Shown one piece after another: positions 18,653 through 29,297 of a stretch of DNA of 49,276 bases; the first letter of the stretch is position 1; each line of letters starts with the position of its first letter. Made by a program: the position numbers and the translations under genes. The stretch spans positions 1 through 49,276 of the forward strand of contig JBHLNY010000002.1 of assembly GCA_048941065.1 (NCBI GenBank), read 5' to 3'. The stretch comes from Promethearchaeota archaeon. GTDB taxonomy: Archaea; Asgardarchaeota; Lokiarchaeia; Sigyniarchaeales; SOKP01. Below the pieces are notes generated by a model. The model saw only the letters and a list, made by a program, of their open reading frames with translations, was not told the origin of the DNA and did no database searches.

Positions 18653-20566
18653 ATGGGAAAAATTATAGGAATTGACTTAGGAACCTCAAACTCGGCAGCT
18701 GCTGTATTGATAGGTGGCAAGCCAACGATAATTCCAAGTGCTGAAGGTTTAACATTAGGAGGGAAGGCATTCCCATCAGTAGTGGCATTTACAAAAGATG
18801 GTCAGCGATTAATTGGAGAACCTGCGAGAAGGCAGGCAATATCAAATCCAGATCGAACTATCACAGCAATCAAGAGAAAGATGGGTACATCATACAAAGT
18901 AACCATTGATGGTAAAGACTATACTCCACAAGAGATTTCAGCTATGATTTTACGGAAAATAAAGGAGGATGCGAGTGCTTATTTAGGAGAGGAAGTTACA
19001 GATGCTATAATTACTGTTCCTGCATATTTTAATGATAACCAGAGACAAGCTACGAAAGACGCGGGAAGGATCGCGGGATTAAATGTTAAACGTTTAATTA
19101 ACGAACCCACTGCCGCAGCCGTAGCCTATGGATTAGACAAAAAAAATGCAAGGTTAAAGATTGCAGTATTAGATCTTGGTGGAGGCACTTTTGATGTAAC
19201 AGTTATGGAAATGGATAATCAGGTATTTGAAGTAATTTCTACAGCTGGAGATACTCAATTAGGAGGAACTGATATGGATAGGATACTTGTAGATTATCTT
19301 ATTGAAGAATTTAAGAAGCAAGAAGGTATTGATTTAAAGAAAGATTCAATGGCATTACAAAGAGTCAGGGAAGCAGCAGAAAAGGCAAAAATTGAACTTT
19401 CGACATCTATTTCAACGGATATAAACCTACCTTACATTACGGCAACGAATGATGGTCCAAAACATCTTAACATGACACTTACAAGAGCTAAGTTAGAGCA
19501 ATTGATTGAACCCGTATTAAAAAGATTGGATGGTCCAATCTTAAAGGCTTTACAAGATGCAGGGATGGCAAGGGGCGAAGTTGATAAAATTATTTTAGTT
19601 GGCGGACCTACTAGAATGCCAATAATTCAAAAGAAATTCGAAGATTTACTAGGTAAAACTCCTGAACGTAGCATTGATCCAATGGAGTGTGTTGCAATGG
19701 GTGCTTCAGTTCAAGGTGGTGTATTAACTGGTGAAGTTGAGGATTTATTGTTGCTTGATGTTACTCCATTATCATTAGGTGTGGAGACCTTAGGTGGTGT
19801 TTTTACTAAATTAATTGAAAGAAACACAACAATTCCAACTAAGAAAACAGAAGTATTCTCAACGGCTTCAGACAATCAACCAGCAGTTGAAATTCATGTA
19901 TTACAGGGGGAACGTCCAAGAGCAGCGGATAATATAACGTTAGGTAAGTTTCATTTGACAGGAATTCCACCAGCACCTAGAGGAGTTCCACAAATAGAGG
20001 TATCTTTTGATATTGATCAAAATGGAATTTTAAATGTTTCAGCGAAAGATAAAGGAACTGGTAAAAGCCAATCAATTACCATTACTGCGTCCACAAAGAT
20101 GTCTGATAATGATATCGAACAGAAAATTAGAGAAGCTGAAAGACATGCAGAAGAGGACAGGAAATTTAAAGAGCTAACTGAAGCAAAGAATCAAGGAGAA
20201 GCTTTAATTTATCAAACTGAAAAACTGCTTAAAGAAAATGAGGGAGTCATTGGAGATTTGAAATCAAGAGTATTAAATAAAATCTCTGATTTAAGAAGTG
20301 CTATGGAATCAGAAGATGTTAACGGAATAAAAAGTGCTATTGAAGCTCTACAGAGTTCCTTACATGAGGTTTCATCACGGATATATGGACAACAGCAAGG
20401 ACCTTCCCAAGGTGCTTATCAAGGTGCTCCACCTGGAGGAATGGGGGGTGTACCACCTGGAGCTACATATGGATATCAAGACAAAACACAAGATGAGATT
20501 GAGGAAGAAAAATTCCGAAAAGCCACAGGACAAGATGATAATGTAGTAGATGCTGAGTATGATTAA
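18653..20566 (+). CDS. dnaK: molecular chaperone DnaK (Hsp70)
   Basis: 637 aa. [27 protein letters not shown] and a full substrate-binding and lid region. Confidence 0.97.
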   Translation: MGKIIGIDLGTSNSAAAVLIGGKPTIIPSAEGLTLGGKAFPSVVAFTKDGQRLIGEPARRQAISNPDRTITAIKRKMGTSYKVTIDGKDYTPQEISAMILRKIKEDASAYLGEEVTDAIITVPAYFNDNQRQATKDAGRIAGLNVKRLINEPTAAAVAYGLDKKNARLKIAVLDLGGGTFDVTVMEMDNQVFEVISTAGDTQLGGTDMDRILVDYLIEEFKKQEGIDLKKDSMALQRVREAAEKAKIELSTSISTDINLPYITATNDGPKHLNMTLTRAKLEQLIEPVLKRLDGPILKALQDAGMARGEVDKIILVGGPTRMPIIQKKFEDLLGKTPERSIDPMECVAMGASVQGGVLTGEVEDLLLLDVTPLSLGVETLGGVFTKLIERNTTIPTKKTEVFSTASDNQPAVEIHVLQGERPRAADNITLGKFHLTGIPPAPRGVPQIEVSFDIDQNGILNVSAKDKGTGKSQSITITASTKMSDNDIEQKIREAERHAEEDRKFKELTEAKNQGEALIYQTEKLLKENEGVIGDLKSRVLNKISDLRSAMESEDVNGIKSAIEALQSSLHEVSSRIYGQQQGPSQGAYQGAPPGGMGGVPPGATYGYQDKTQDEIEEEKFRKATGQDDNVVDAEYD

Positions 20567-20640
20567 TTTTTTTTTATTTTTTTAAAATTTTTTTTTAAAT
20601 ATTTAAAAGTTTTTTTATGATTAAAAAGGGGTTGTAAATT

Positions 20641-21651
20641 ATGGCAAAAGATTATTATAATATATTAGGGATAAATAAAGGAGCTTCAAAGGAAGAAATT
20701 AAGAGAGCTTTCCGTAAGATGGCTCGAAAGTATCATCCTGATGTTAATCCTGATGAACCTAAATCAGGAGATAAGTTTAAAGAGATAAATGAAGCGTATA
20801 GCATATTAAGTGATGATAAAAAAAGAGAAATGTATGACAAATTCGGTGTGGTAGAAGGGGATCCATCAACATATCAACAGCGAGGGAGTGCTCCTGGAGG
20901 TACAAATGTATATCAAAGTCCAGATGGTACAACCTATTATTATTCAACGTCAGGATCACCTGGTGGATTTGATTTTAGCGAAATTTTTGGAAATCGCAAT
21001 AATTCTAGAGGTGGTTTTAGTGGTTATGATTTTTTTAATGATTTAGGAGATATATTCGATGTATTCTCAAGAAGAGGAAGTGGAAGTACAAGAGCACGAT
21101 CTCCTAACTTCAGTAATTTACCTCGAGAGGGAGAAGATTTAAGATATGATTTGGAAATCGATTTTATGGATGCTTTTCGCGGAGGAAAGAAAAAAGTTCA
21201 ATATAAAGATCCATTAACAGGTCAACTAAAAACTTTAAATGTAAATATTCCAAGGGGAATTAAAGAAGATCAAAAATTACGGTTAAAAGGTAAAGGAATG
21301 CCAGGGGAAGGTGGAGGTGCTCCAGGAGATTTATATATTGCTATACATATAAAAAATCATCTAAAATTTGAAAGAAGAGATGATGATATATACATAGAAC
21401 AAGAAGTTCCCTTTACAACTGCAGTACTTGGAGGAAAAATTCAAGTATCTGGTATTGAAAAAACATTAAATGTAAATGTTCCTCCGGGAACTAATGATTC
21501 ATCCCTATTAAGATTAAAAAATCAAGGTTTTTATAAAATAAGTTCAGATCAAAGAGGAAATTTGTTAGTAAAGCTTAAAATCAAAATTCCGAAAAAATTA
21601 AACAAAAATCAGAAAGAATTATTAGAAAAATTAAAGAATGTAGGATTGTGA
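20641..21651 (+). CDS. dnaJ: J-domain co-chaperone, type II (DnaJ/CbpA-like, no zinc-finger domain)
   Basis: 336 aa. J domain with KYHPD, a G/F-rich linker and two C-terminal beta-sandwich domains. The protein contains no cysteine, so the CxxCxGxG repeats are absent. Confidence 0.9.
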   Translation: MAKDYYNILGINKGASKEEIKRAFRKMARKYHPDVNPDEPKSGDKFKEINEAYSILSDDKKREMYDKFGVVEGDPSTYQQRGSAPGGTNVYQSPDGTTYYYSTSGSPGGFDFSEIFGNRNNSRGGFSGYDFFNDLGDIFDVFSRRGSGSTRARSPNFSNLPREGEDLRYDLEIDFMDAFRGGKKKVQYKDPLTGQLKTLNVNIPRGIKEDQKLRLKGKGMPGEGGGAPGDLYIAIHIKNHLKFERRDDDIYIEQEVPFTTAVLGGKIQVSGIEKTLNVNVPPGTNDSSLLRLKNQGFYKISSDQRGNLLVKLKIKIPKKLNKNQKELLEKLKNVGL

Positions 21652-21700
21652 GAGGATGAATAGAAAAAACATATACTTTTTAAATTTAATTTTAAAAACT

Positions 21701-21709
21701 ATTATATTA
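21701..21709 (+). promoter_or_regulatory. TATA-like box upstream of tfb
   Basis: ATTATATTA centred about 24 nt upstream of the ATG, which fits a leaderless or short-leader mRNA. Specificity is low in this AT-rich DNA. Confidence 0.25.
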
Positions 21710-21728
21710 AAAGGAAGAAATTAAGATT

Positions 21729-22610
21729 ATGATTTCAAATGTTAGTAAAACTTCAAATTTTTGCCCTGAATGCGGGGGCCAGATTATCTCAATTGAGGAG
21801 AGGGGAGATACTGTCTGTGCACAATGTGGTTTGATAATAAATGAGAAACAAGTAGATTTTTCTCATACTGGGAAGAGGGCTTTTACATATCAAGAAAAAA
21901 GTGCAAGAGAACAAACAGGATCGCCTGTATCTATATTATCACCTGATATAGCCTTCAGTACAGTTATAGATAAAGCTAAAATTAGTAATCCTGATTTAAA
22001 AAGAGCAGCAAAATGGGATACTCGAATCACTTGGGAAAAAAGGAATCTTCTTATCGCTACTACTGAATTAAAAAGAATCAGTAGTAATTTAAACTTACCG
22101 GATCATGTTAAAAAAGAGGCAATGCATTATTACATTGAAGCATTTAGGAGAAAATTACTTAGAGGGAGATCTATTAATGGTATGGTTGCAGCGTGTATTT
22201 ATCTAGCTTGCAGAATAAAAGAAGTTCCTAGAACACTTCAAGAGATTTTAGATGAGACTTCGGTAAATGCAAAAGATGTAAGGAGATGTTATAGAACTCT
22301 AATAAGAGAATTAAAAGTAAAAACTCCGACTACTGATCCAATTTCTTTAGTTCCAAGGTATATAGTACAATTAAATTTAGATTCTGAAATAGAAAGATTA
22401 ACAATTAACATTTTATCAAAATATATTTCTAGCTTCTCAACAAGCGGTAAAGATCCTAAAGGATTATGCGCAGGAGCAATTTATCTAGCTTGTAAAATAA
22501 AGGACAAAAATTATACCCAAAAAGAAATTGCAGATGCAATTGGAGTGACTGAGGTAACCCTTCGTTCTAGGTATAAAGAATTAAAACAAAAACTGAATAT
22601 TACAATATAA
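21729..22610 (+). CDS. tfb: transcription initiation factor IIB (TFB)
   Basis: 293 aa. N-terminal zinc ribbon CPECGG...CAQCG, a B-reader/linker and two cyclin-fold repeats (GRSINGMVAACIYLACR and CAGAIYLACK). Confidence 0.93.
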   Translation: MISNVSKTSNFCPECGGQIISIEERGDTVCAQCGLIINEKQVDFSHTGKRAFTYQEKSAREQTGSPVSILSPDIAFSTVIDKAKISNPDLKRAAKWDTRITWEKRNLLIATTELKRISSNLNLPDHVKKEAMHYYIEAFRRKLLRGRSINGMVAACIYLACRIKEVPRTLQEILDETSVNAKDVRRCYRTLIRELKVKTPTTDPISLVPRYIVQLNLDSEIERLTINILSKYISSFSTSGKDPKGLCAGAIYLACKIKDKNYTQKEIADAIGVTEVTLRSRYKELKQKLNITI

Positions 22611-22628
22611 TACATTTTATAGTCTTTA

Positions 22629-23561
22629 CTATAAGTAAGCCCTAAATCTAGGGAAAAGAAGAAGTGCATTTTCTTGTTCAATAGCTAAGCGTGTTTGTTT
22701 GTCAAATCTGTTATTATTTATAAGTTCTTGTATCATTTCTTTTACTACTATTTCATGAACAAAAGGAAAATCGCTACCAAAAAGTATATGTGAATAATCC
22801 ACTATTTCGATGAGTGAATGAAGAATATTGCTTGTAGCAGATAAAGCAGTACCATAATAGAGATCATTAAATTGGCTTATCAATCTTTTATTCCCAAAGG
22901 TAATCCTCCATGCGAGATAAGGAGCAGTCCCTCCAGCATGGGCAAAAATAAATTTAATATTAGGATACTTTTTAAATATGCCATGATGCATGAGATTTGC
23001 AATTGCTCGTGTTGTATCAAAAACAAACTCTAAAACCGATGATGGAAGATTAAGATTAGGAAGTTTATTAGAGGGAGGAGCGTCTGGATGAATGAATACG
23101 ACTGTCCTTCGCCGGTCTAGTTCTGAAAATAGATTTGTAAATTCAGGATCACCAATATATATACCATTATAATTTGTGAGCATCCCTACACCATCTAGTT
23201 CTAATATATCTAAAGCATATTCTAATTCAAGTAGTGAAGCATCAATATCAGGAAGAGGTAAAGCAGCAAAGCTCCCAAAACGCTCTGGATACTTCCTTAT
23301 TAAATTTGCTGAATATTCATTACATAAACGTGCTAGACTCCTTGAAAATTCAAGATCTCCAAAATAAATTCCTGGAGAAGATATTGAGGTTATAGCAATT
23401 GCAATGCCTTGGCGATCCATTATCTCCAGGCTATCCTCTGGTTCCCATTTAGGGAAAGGTAAATTAGTAACAGTAGTAATTCCTATTTTAGCTAATGTTG
23501 AGAGATACTCCGGAGGGAGGATATGATGATGAATATCAATTCGATGAGGCTTTAATATCAT
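22629..23561 (-). CDS. amidohydrolase-2 (ACMSD-like) family metal-dependent hydrolase
   Basis: 310 aa. IDIHHHILP metal-binding start, FIHP, FAHAGG and GSDFPF motifs. Confidence 0.8.
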   Translation of the reverse strand: MILKPHRIDIHHHILPPEYLSTLAKIGITTVTNLPFPKWEPEDSLEIMDRQGIAIAITSISSPGIYFGDLEFSRSLARLCNEYSANLIRKYPERFGSFAALPLPDIDASLLELEYALDILELDGVGMLTNYNGIYIGDPEFTNLFSELDRRRTVVFIHPDAPPSNKLPNLNLPSSVLEFVFDTTRAIANLMHHGIFKKYPNIKFIFAHAGGTAPYLAWRITFGNKRLISQFNDLYYGTALSATSNILHSLIEIVDYSHILFGSDFPFVHEIVVKEMIQELINNNRFDKQTRLAIEQENALLLFPRFRAYL

Positions 23562-23650
23562 GGTAAAATCATTTTTAATTTAAATTTAACTCCTCAATTT
23601 TTAAGTTCTTCTTTACTGATATATTATAATTATTTTTAACATTATAAAAA

Positions 23651-24643
23651 GTGATAATAATGGTTTTATATAAAGAATTAGGGTTCTCCAATACCAAAAG
23701 AATGTTTGAAGTAGCCTTCGAGAGGAAATTTGCTATACCAGGATATAACGTGAGTAATCTTGAACAATTACAAGGAATTATTATTGGTTGTGGTGAATCA
23801 GATTCACCTGTTATTGTTCAGATTACCCAAACGTCATTAAAGTATATAAATAAATCAATGGTTCGATATATGGGAAAGGGATGTGTTGAAATGGCGAATG
23901 ATTTAGGGTATAATATCCCTATTGCTCTTCATTTAGATCATGGTGACTCTTTCGAATTATGTAAATCTTGCATTGATCTTGGATTTTCGAGCGTAATGTT
24001 TGATGGAAGTCATTTAGAATATCAAAAAAATATAATGATAACTAAAAAAGTAGTCGATTATGCCCATCAAAGAGATATTAGTGTAGAAGCAGAACTAGGA
24101 ATTATTGGAAGAGAAGATAAAGGAAAAGAAGCTGAATTTCAACAATATACAAATCCCGAACAAGTTGAGGATTTTGTGAATAAAACAGTATGTGATTCGT
24201 TAGCTATTGCTATTGGAACATCTCATGGAGCATATAAATTCAAAGTTAATAGAGAAGAAGATATTCCGGATCTAAGATTTGATATCCTCCAAGAAGTAAG
24301 AAAACGATTAGGTAAATTTCCGATTGTGCTTCATGGAGCATCATCAGTTCCTCAAAAATATGTTGATATGATCAATACTTACGGGGGTTCTTTAAAAAAG
24401 AGTTTTGGTGTACCAGAAGACCAACTAAGGAAAGCAACGCAATATGGTGTATGTAAAATTAATGTAGCAACAGACAGCCGCATATTATTTACAGCTATGC
24501 TAAGAAAATATTTTCAAGAAAACATAGATCAATTTGATCCAAGAAAATATCTAGGATCAGCTCGCCAAGAATTAATTGAAATGATAAAAAGAAAAAATAA
24601 AGAAGTATTAGGATCTGCTGGACAAGCTAAATATTTAATTTAA
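23651..24643 (+). CDS. fba: class II fructose-bisphosphate aldolase
   Basis: 330 aa. LHLDHG, SVMFDGS, VEAELG, AIGTSHGAYKF and VLHGASSVP motifs. A GTG at 23651 or the ATG at 23660 could be the start. Confidence 0.9.
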   Translation: MIIMVLYKELGFSNTKRMFEVAFERKFAIPGYNVSNLEQLQGIIIGCGESDSPVIVQITQTSLKYINKSMVRYMGKGCVEMANDLGYNIPIALHLDHGDSFELCKSCIDLGFSSVMFDGSHLEYQKNIMITKKVVDYAHQRDISVEAELGIIGREDKGKEAEFQQYTNPEQVEDFVNKTVCDSLAIAIGTSHGAYKFKVNREEDIPDLRFDILQEVRKRLGKFPIVLHGASSVPQKYVDMINTYGGSLKKSFGVPEDQLRKATQYGVCKINVATDSRILFTAMLRKYFQENIDQFDPRKYLGSARQELIEMIKRKNKEVLGSAGQAKYLI

Positions 24644-24705
24644 TTGGGTTTATTATCGAATTACTTGTTTCTGCAAAAGTAAAATCTCTAATGAATTTTA
24701 TAAGA

Positions 24706-24975
24706 CTATCCCTTTTCATAAATTATACCTGTTCCCCCTACGGGATATTGAAAATTAATAGCACCAGCTTCGCAAACTTGATAACATGCTGCGCATTCTA
24801 AACATTTTAATTGATAATCATCAACAATATATATAATATCTTCCCTTTTTCGCCATAAATTCATTATGCAGATGATTAAACAACGGTCACATCTATTACA
24901 TTTATCATTATCTACTGAAATAAAATTACCAGTACCATCAATTCTTTTGGTTAAATTTTCTATTTCAATTTTCAT
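24706..24975 (-). CDS. fixX: FixX-type ferredoxin-like protein
   Basis: 89 aa. CNRCDRC and CLECAACYQVC motifs. The C-terminal FQYPVGGTGIIYEKG resembles the FixX C-terminus (YPRG..G..F.YG). The start overlaps the fixC-like stop as ATGA. Confidence 0.75.
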   Translation of the reverse strand: MKIEIENLTKRIDGTGNFISVDNDKCNRCDRCLIICIMNLWRKREDIIYIVDDYQLKCLECAACYQVCEAGAINFQYPVGGTGIIYEKG

Positions 24976-26378
24976 TTTTCTTTACCGCCTCTCTTTCGCT
25001 TTTTTTGGGGTATCAATTCAAGAAGTTTTGGTAATATTTTCATTATTTTCTTTGGATCCATTAATTTATCTAGATCTTCTTCAAAGATCTTGGCAACTAG
25101 AGGAAAAACATATTTCATTATAAAAGGTGTTGCTCTAGGCATATATGATTTCACATGGCTAGCTATTTGTCGCACTCTTTTAGCATGAGGTTGGGACCAA
25201 TCAAAAATTCCTCCTATTAACTCCATGATCATAGGAACAAACCAAGACATGGTTTCTTTTGGACTAAAGGGCAAAGCTTTCCAAATATTCCACAATTCAT
25301 ATCCTGCATTAAATTCTTCTCCAATGCTTGTTTTTTGCCACTCTCTATCAAATTTTTGTAAAGCAGTTTTAGATACATCTCCAGATGATATGGCTTCTAC
25401 TGTCACTTCAGCAGCGATCTTTCCGGTTAGCATAGCAGGATATATGCCTTCTGCCTCAAGAGGGCATGGAAAACCCCCTGCATCTCCAATTAGGATAACC
25501 CCATCAGTATGAGTATTAAAAGGATAATCTAACCATGGAAGTAAATGTGCGTGAAGTTCTCGAGGTTTCGCCTCTAGAATTTTTAAGAGTCTCTGGTAAT
25601 ACTTTAAATTAATAACTTCATTCAAGTAATAAATTGGATTCTTATCCCACCATGTCATCCAATTTCCTAATCCTTGGTGGAAGCCATCTCTAAAAAATAC
25701 TTGATATGATGCTGGAAAGGTAGCTCCCCACCAAACTGCTAGTGCCTCATCTCCCATAATATCATCGATTCTTTGTGGTGATGCTTGAAAATCGTATTGG
25801 GGGACTAAAGTTACTTGACTTTGAGCCCATTTAGTTCGTAAACCTGATTTTAACGCTACCGTAGAAATGGCACCATCTGCTCCAATTACTATTGGGGCAT
25901 TGTACTTCTCACCTTTTTCATCAATTACACCACATACTTTACCATTCTCTTTAATAAGATCTACTATTAATTTTGAAGTCTTTAATTCAGCTCCAGCATC
26001 AGTTGCAAACTCAGAGATCCATGGATCAAAATCACTTCGATAGATATTCATCGTAATCCAATTTTTAGCAGGTTCATAAGATACTGATTCAGTAGGTCGC
26101 GCCATTATATATCCTGCTACTATTCCTTCTTTATTTACAAAGTAATTTCTAGCTGCTGCTCCTGCTCTCATTGAAGGACATTTTTCAGGAGTTAATTCCT
26201 TCATTATTTCAAAATCTTTCCACATCCTAGGACCTAAACCACAACCAGATGAATTTTTTTCACCAGGTTTCCGTCCACGTTCAAAAATGATTGTCTTCAA
26301 ACCCTTTTCAGCAGCTGTTTTTGCAGCTATCGACCCTCCTGGTCCAGCTCCAACAATTATTATATCATAGGTATTCAA
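24972..26378 (-). CDS. fixC: FixC-like FAD-dependent oxidoreductase (ETF-quinone oxidoreductase / geranylgeranyl-reductase superfamily)
   Basis: 468 aa. YDIIIVGAGPGGSIAAKTAAEKGLKTIIFER dinucleotide fold, GADG, LIGDAGGF and a basic C-terminal tail. Confidence 0.75.
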   Translation of the reverse strand: MNTYDIIIVGAGPGGSIAAKTAAEKGLKTIIFERGRKPGEKNSSGCGLGPRMWKDFEIMKELTPEKCPSMRAGAAARNYFVNKEGIVAGYIMARPTESVSYEPAKNWITMNIYRSDFDPWISEFATDAGAELKTSKLIVDLIKENGKVCGVIDEKGEKYNAPIVIGADGAISTVALKSGLRTKWAQSQVTLVPQYDFQASPQRIDDIMGDEALAVWWGATFPASYQVFFRDGFHQGLGNWMTWWDKNPIYYLNEVINLKYYQRLLKILEAKPRELHAHLLPWLDYPFNTHTDGVILIGDAGGFPCPLEAEGIYPAMLTGKIAAEVTVEAISSGDVSKTALQKFDREWQKTSIGEEFNAGYELWNIWKALPFSPKETMSWFVPMIMELIGGIFDWSQPHAKRVRQIASHVKSYMPRATPFIMKYVFPLVAKIFEEDLDKLMDPKKIMKILPKLLELIPQKKRKRGGKEK

Positions 26379-26536
26379 TTTCTTTCCCTCAAATTTTATA
26401 AAAATTAGTTGATTTAAATTTTGATTAAAGGAAATAATATAAATATTTATTTAAAATTCACTGCAAAATATTAATCACAATATCTTTATTAAATAACATA
26501 TTTTTGAGAGTAATTATTTGTTTAAAAGATACTAAA

Positions 26537-28000
26537 ATGATAAAGGAACTTATTCGTAAGAGGCTAGTAAAAATATGCGGTACTAAAAATGTCTCTGATG
26601 ATTCGAATGACCTTCAAGCTTTTTTTGAAGATATGAGCTTTACTGAAGGTTATTTACCAAATTTTGTAGTTTGGGCTACAAAAGCTCAAGAAATAGAAAA
26701 AATTTTGAAATTAGCTAATGAATTAAATTTTACAGTCATTCCAGTAAGTTCTAGTTCGGTTTTTAAACATCATGGAGATACTATACCTAGAAAAGAGAAC
26801 TCTATTATATTAAATCTCTCAAAGATGAGAAAAATTCTTAATATAGATAAAAAGAATCGTGTTTTAATGGTAGAACCAGGTGTAACATTCAATGATATAA
26901 TTCCTAAGTTAAAAGAAAAAGGATTAAGATTCCTAATGCCGCTCTATCCGACAGGGACTAAATCTATAGTTGTATCAGCATTAGAGCGAGAACCCATTAC
27001 AATTCCTAGATATCATTGGGATAGTTCTGATCCCCTCTTATGCACTGAAGTAATATTTGGTACCGGAGATTTGTTTCGGACGGGTACAGCTGCAGGTTCA
27101 GGAACAATGAAGCAAAAGCAAAGAAAAGGAATCGCATATGTAAATCCTATGGGTCCTACTCAATTTAGTCCTTTCAGAGTTATACAAGGAGCTCAAGGAA
27201 GTCTAGGTATTGTAACTTGGGCTACACTTAAATTAGAATTAGTTCCATCAATTCAAAGAATGTTTCATTTTCAATCGAAAAGTGTTTATGAACTCTTGAA
27301 ATTCCAACATGAATTAATAAGATATAGAATATGTGATGAGACTTTCATTTTAAATAATTTAAGTTTAGCTTCATTGTTAGAAAATACTACCCAGAAGATA
27401 GATAAATTAGCAAATTCTTTATCGAAATGGAGTTTAATTTATATTATTGCTGGTAGGGGGAAATTGTCTGAGGATAAATTAGAGTATCTAGAGGGTGATA
27501 TTAAAGACATTTTGAAGAATTTGAAGCTTGAAAATTTAAAGAGCGAAATTGTTTTAAATGAGAGTCAAATTATTGAATGTGTATCAGAAGTAACTTCGTA
27601 TCCATGGAGAATGAAATATAGAGGAGGATATCAAGATATATTCTTTATTAGTCAATTTGAAAAAATCCATGAATATATTTCACTTGTAGAATCGAAAAAT
27701 TTGAAAGATTTAGGCATTTATATTCAACCAATTAATCAAGGAACTGCTTATCACTGTGAATTTGACATTTTTTATGATCCTAATGATTCTACTCTATTGC
27801 CTAACCTAAAAGAAACCTTCTTAAAAATAAGTAGAAATCTCATGGATTTAGGAGCCTTTTTCAATCGTCCTTATAGCCCTTTAGCTAAGGATATTTATGA
27901 TAGACATGATGATCAAACCCAAATTGCCTTAAAAAAAGTAAAAAAGATTTTTGATCCTAATAATATACTAAATCCGGGAGTTTTATGTTATGATAAATGA
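26537..28000 (+). CDS. FAD-binding PCMH-type oxidoreductase (GlcD/D-lactate dehydrogenase-like)
   Basis: FAD_binding_4-like PNFVVWATKAQEIEKILKLANELNFTVIPVSS and C-terminal KKIFDPNNILNPG. I prefer the ATG at 26537 over the TTG at 26504. Confidence 0.75.
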   Translation: MIKELIRKRLVKICGTKNVSDDSNDLQAFFEDMSFTEGYLPNFVVWATKAQEIEKILKLANELNFTVIPVSSSSVFKHHGDTIPRKENSIILNLSKMRKILNIDKKNRVLMVEPGVTFNDIIPKLKEKGLRFLMPLYPTGTKSIVVSALEREPITIPRYHWDSSDPLLCTEVIFGTGDLFRTGTAAGSGTMKQKQRKGIAYVNPMGPTQFSPFRVIQGAQGSLGIVTWATLKLELVPSIQRMFHFQSKSVYELLKFQHELIRYRICDETFILNNLSLASLLENTTQKIDKLANSLSKWSLIYIIAGRGKLSEDKLEYLEGDIKDILKNLKLENLKSEIVLNESQIIECVSEVTSYPWRMKYRGGYQDIFFISQFEKIHEYISLVESKNLKDLGIYIQPINQGTAYHCEFDIFYDPNDSTLLPNLKETFLKISRNLMDLGAFFNRPYSPLAKDIYDRHDDQTQIALKKVKKIFDPNNILNPGVLCYDK

Positions 28001-29297
28001 ATCTGATTACAAAAAAATGATTAAGCGCTGTTTACGTTGTTCTATCTGCAAATGGATTCCTCAAGTTCAAATTAAAAGTCAAAAATATGCTAGTGCATGT
28101 CCATCAATAGATATATACAATTATCATCCATATAGTGGAGGAGGTCGTATCATTTTAGCGTTATTATTAGAGATGGGTAGAATTAAACCATCAGAAGAAT
28201 TGAGGGATATTGTATATAAATGTACTGAATGTGGAAATTGTGCTGTTTCTTGTAAGTTTCTCAATACTTTAGAACCATTAGAAATAATAATAAAACTTAG
28301 AGAAAAACTTGTTGATTTAGGATACGGTCCAATGCCAAAACAGCAAGAATATATCGAAGCTGTGAATACAGTCAATAATCCATACAATGAACCCCATGAA
28401 AAGAGATTGGCCTGGTTGCCAGAAGATATTCAATTAAATCCAGAAGCTAAAGTGTTATATTTTGTAGGATGCACATCCTCTTATCGAAGACAAGAGATGG
28501 CTATCGCAGCAGCACGTATACTGAAAGCTGCAGGAGTTTCATTTAATATTTTACAAAATGATGAATTTTGTTGTGGTAGCCCAGTTTTAAGAACTGGAGA
28601 TGTAAAAACATTTAAAGAATATCTAAATAAAAATTTGGATGTTATTGAATCGAAGGGTATTCAAACAGTTATTTTTAGCTGTGCTGGATGCTATGACACA
28701 TTTAAAGTAGATTATCCATTATATAGAGAATATAATTTCAGAGTATTGCACACTGTTGAATTTTTTGAAGAATTACTCGAAACTCATAAATTAAAACTAA
28801 CAAAAGAAATACCAGTCATCGCAACCTATCATGATCCATGTCATTTAGGAAGGAATGCTGAAAGATATGAGAAATGGGATGGAGATGTTGTTGATTTGAT
28901 GCCTCTTATTTCTCTTAATATACCTCCAAAACCGAAGCGTACAGGATCGAATGGAATATATGAAGCTCCCAGAAATATACTGAAAAAGATTCCAGGTTTG
29001 AAATTAGTAGAAATGGAACGTATCAAAGAATATGCTTATTGTTGTGGTGCTGGAGCTGGTGTGAAATCTGCTTTTCCCGAATTTGCCATACAAACGGCTA
29101 AGATGAGAATTGAAGAAGCCGAAATTTCCGGAGCTACTACACTTATTTCTGCTTGTCCGTTTTGTTCAACAAATTTACAGGATGGGATTAAAGAAAAAGG
29201 TTCTAATTTAAAATATTATGATATTAGCGAATTATTACTCATGTCGTTAGGATTAGCTCCAAACAAATTAAAAGAAATCACTGAGGAGGCTGCATAA
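27990..29297 (+). CDS. Fe-S oxidoreductase with two CCG domains (GlcF/HdrD-like)
   Basis: 435 aa. CLRCSIC and CTECGNCAVSC motifs, then two CCG modules (FCCGSP and YCCGAGAG, with YHDPCHLGR). Overlaps the upstream gene by 11 nt. Confidence 0.8.
   Translation: MINESDYKKMIKRCLRCSICKWIPQVQIKSQKYASACPSIDIYNYHPYSGGGRIILALLLEMGRIKPSEELRDIVYKCTECGNCAVSCKFLNTLEPLEIIIKLREKLVDLGYGPMPKQQEYIEAVNTVNNPYNEPHEKRLAWLPEDIQLNPEAKVLYFVGCTSSYRRQEMAIAAARILKAAGVSFNILQNDEFCCGSPVLRTGDVKTFKEYLNKNLDVIESKGIQTVIFSCAGCYDTFKVDYPLYREYNFRVLHTVEFFEELLETHKLKLTKEIPVIATYHDPCHLGRNAERYEKWDGDVVDLMPLISLNIPPKPKRTGSNGIYEAPRNILKKIPGLKLVEMERIKEYAYCCGAGAGVKSAFPEFAIQTAKMRIEEAEISGATTLISACPFCSTNLQDGIKEKGSNLKYYDISELLLMSLGLAPNKLKEITEEAA

Noticed and set aside
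20334-20546. 70-aa alternative-frame ORF at the dnaK 3' end
   Set aside because: It lies out of frame within the strongly supported dnaK coding sequence and has no independent signal.
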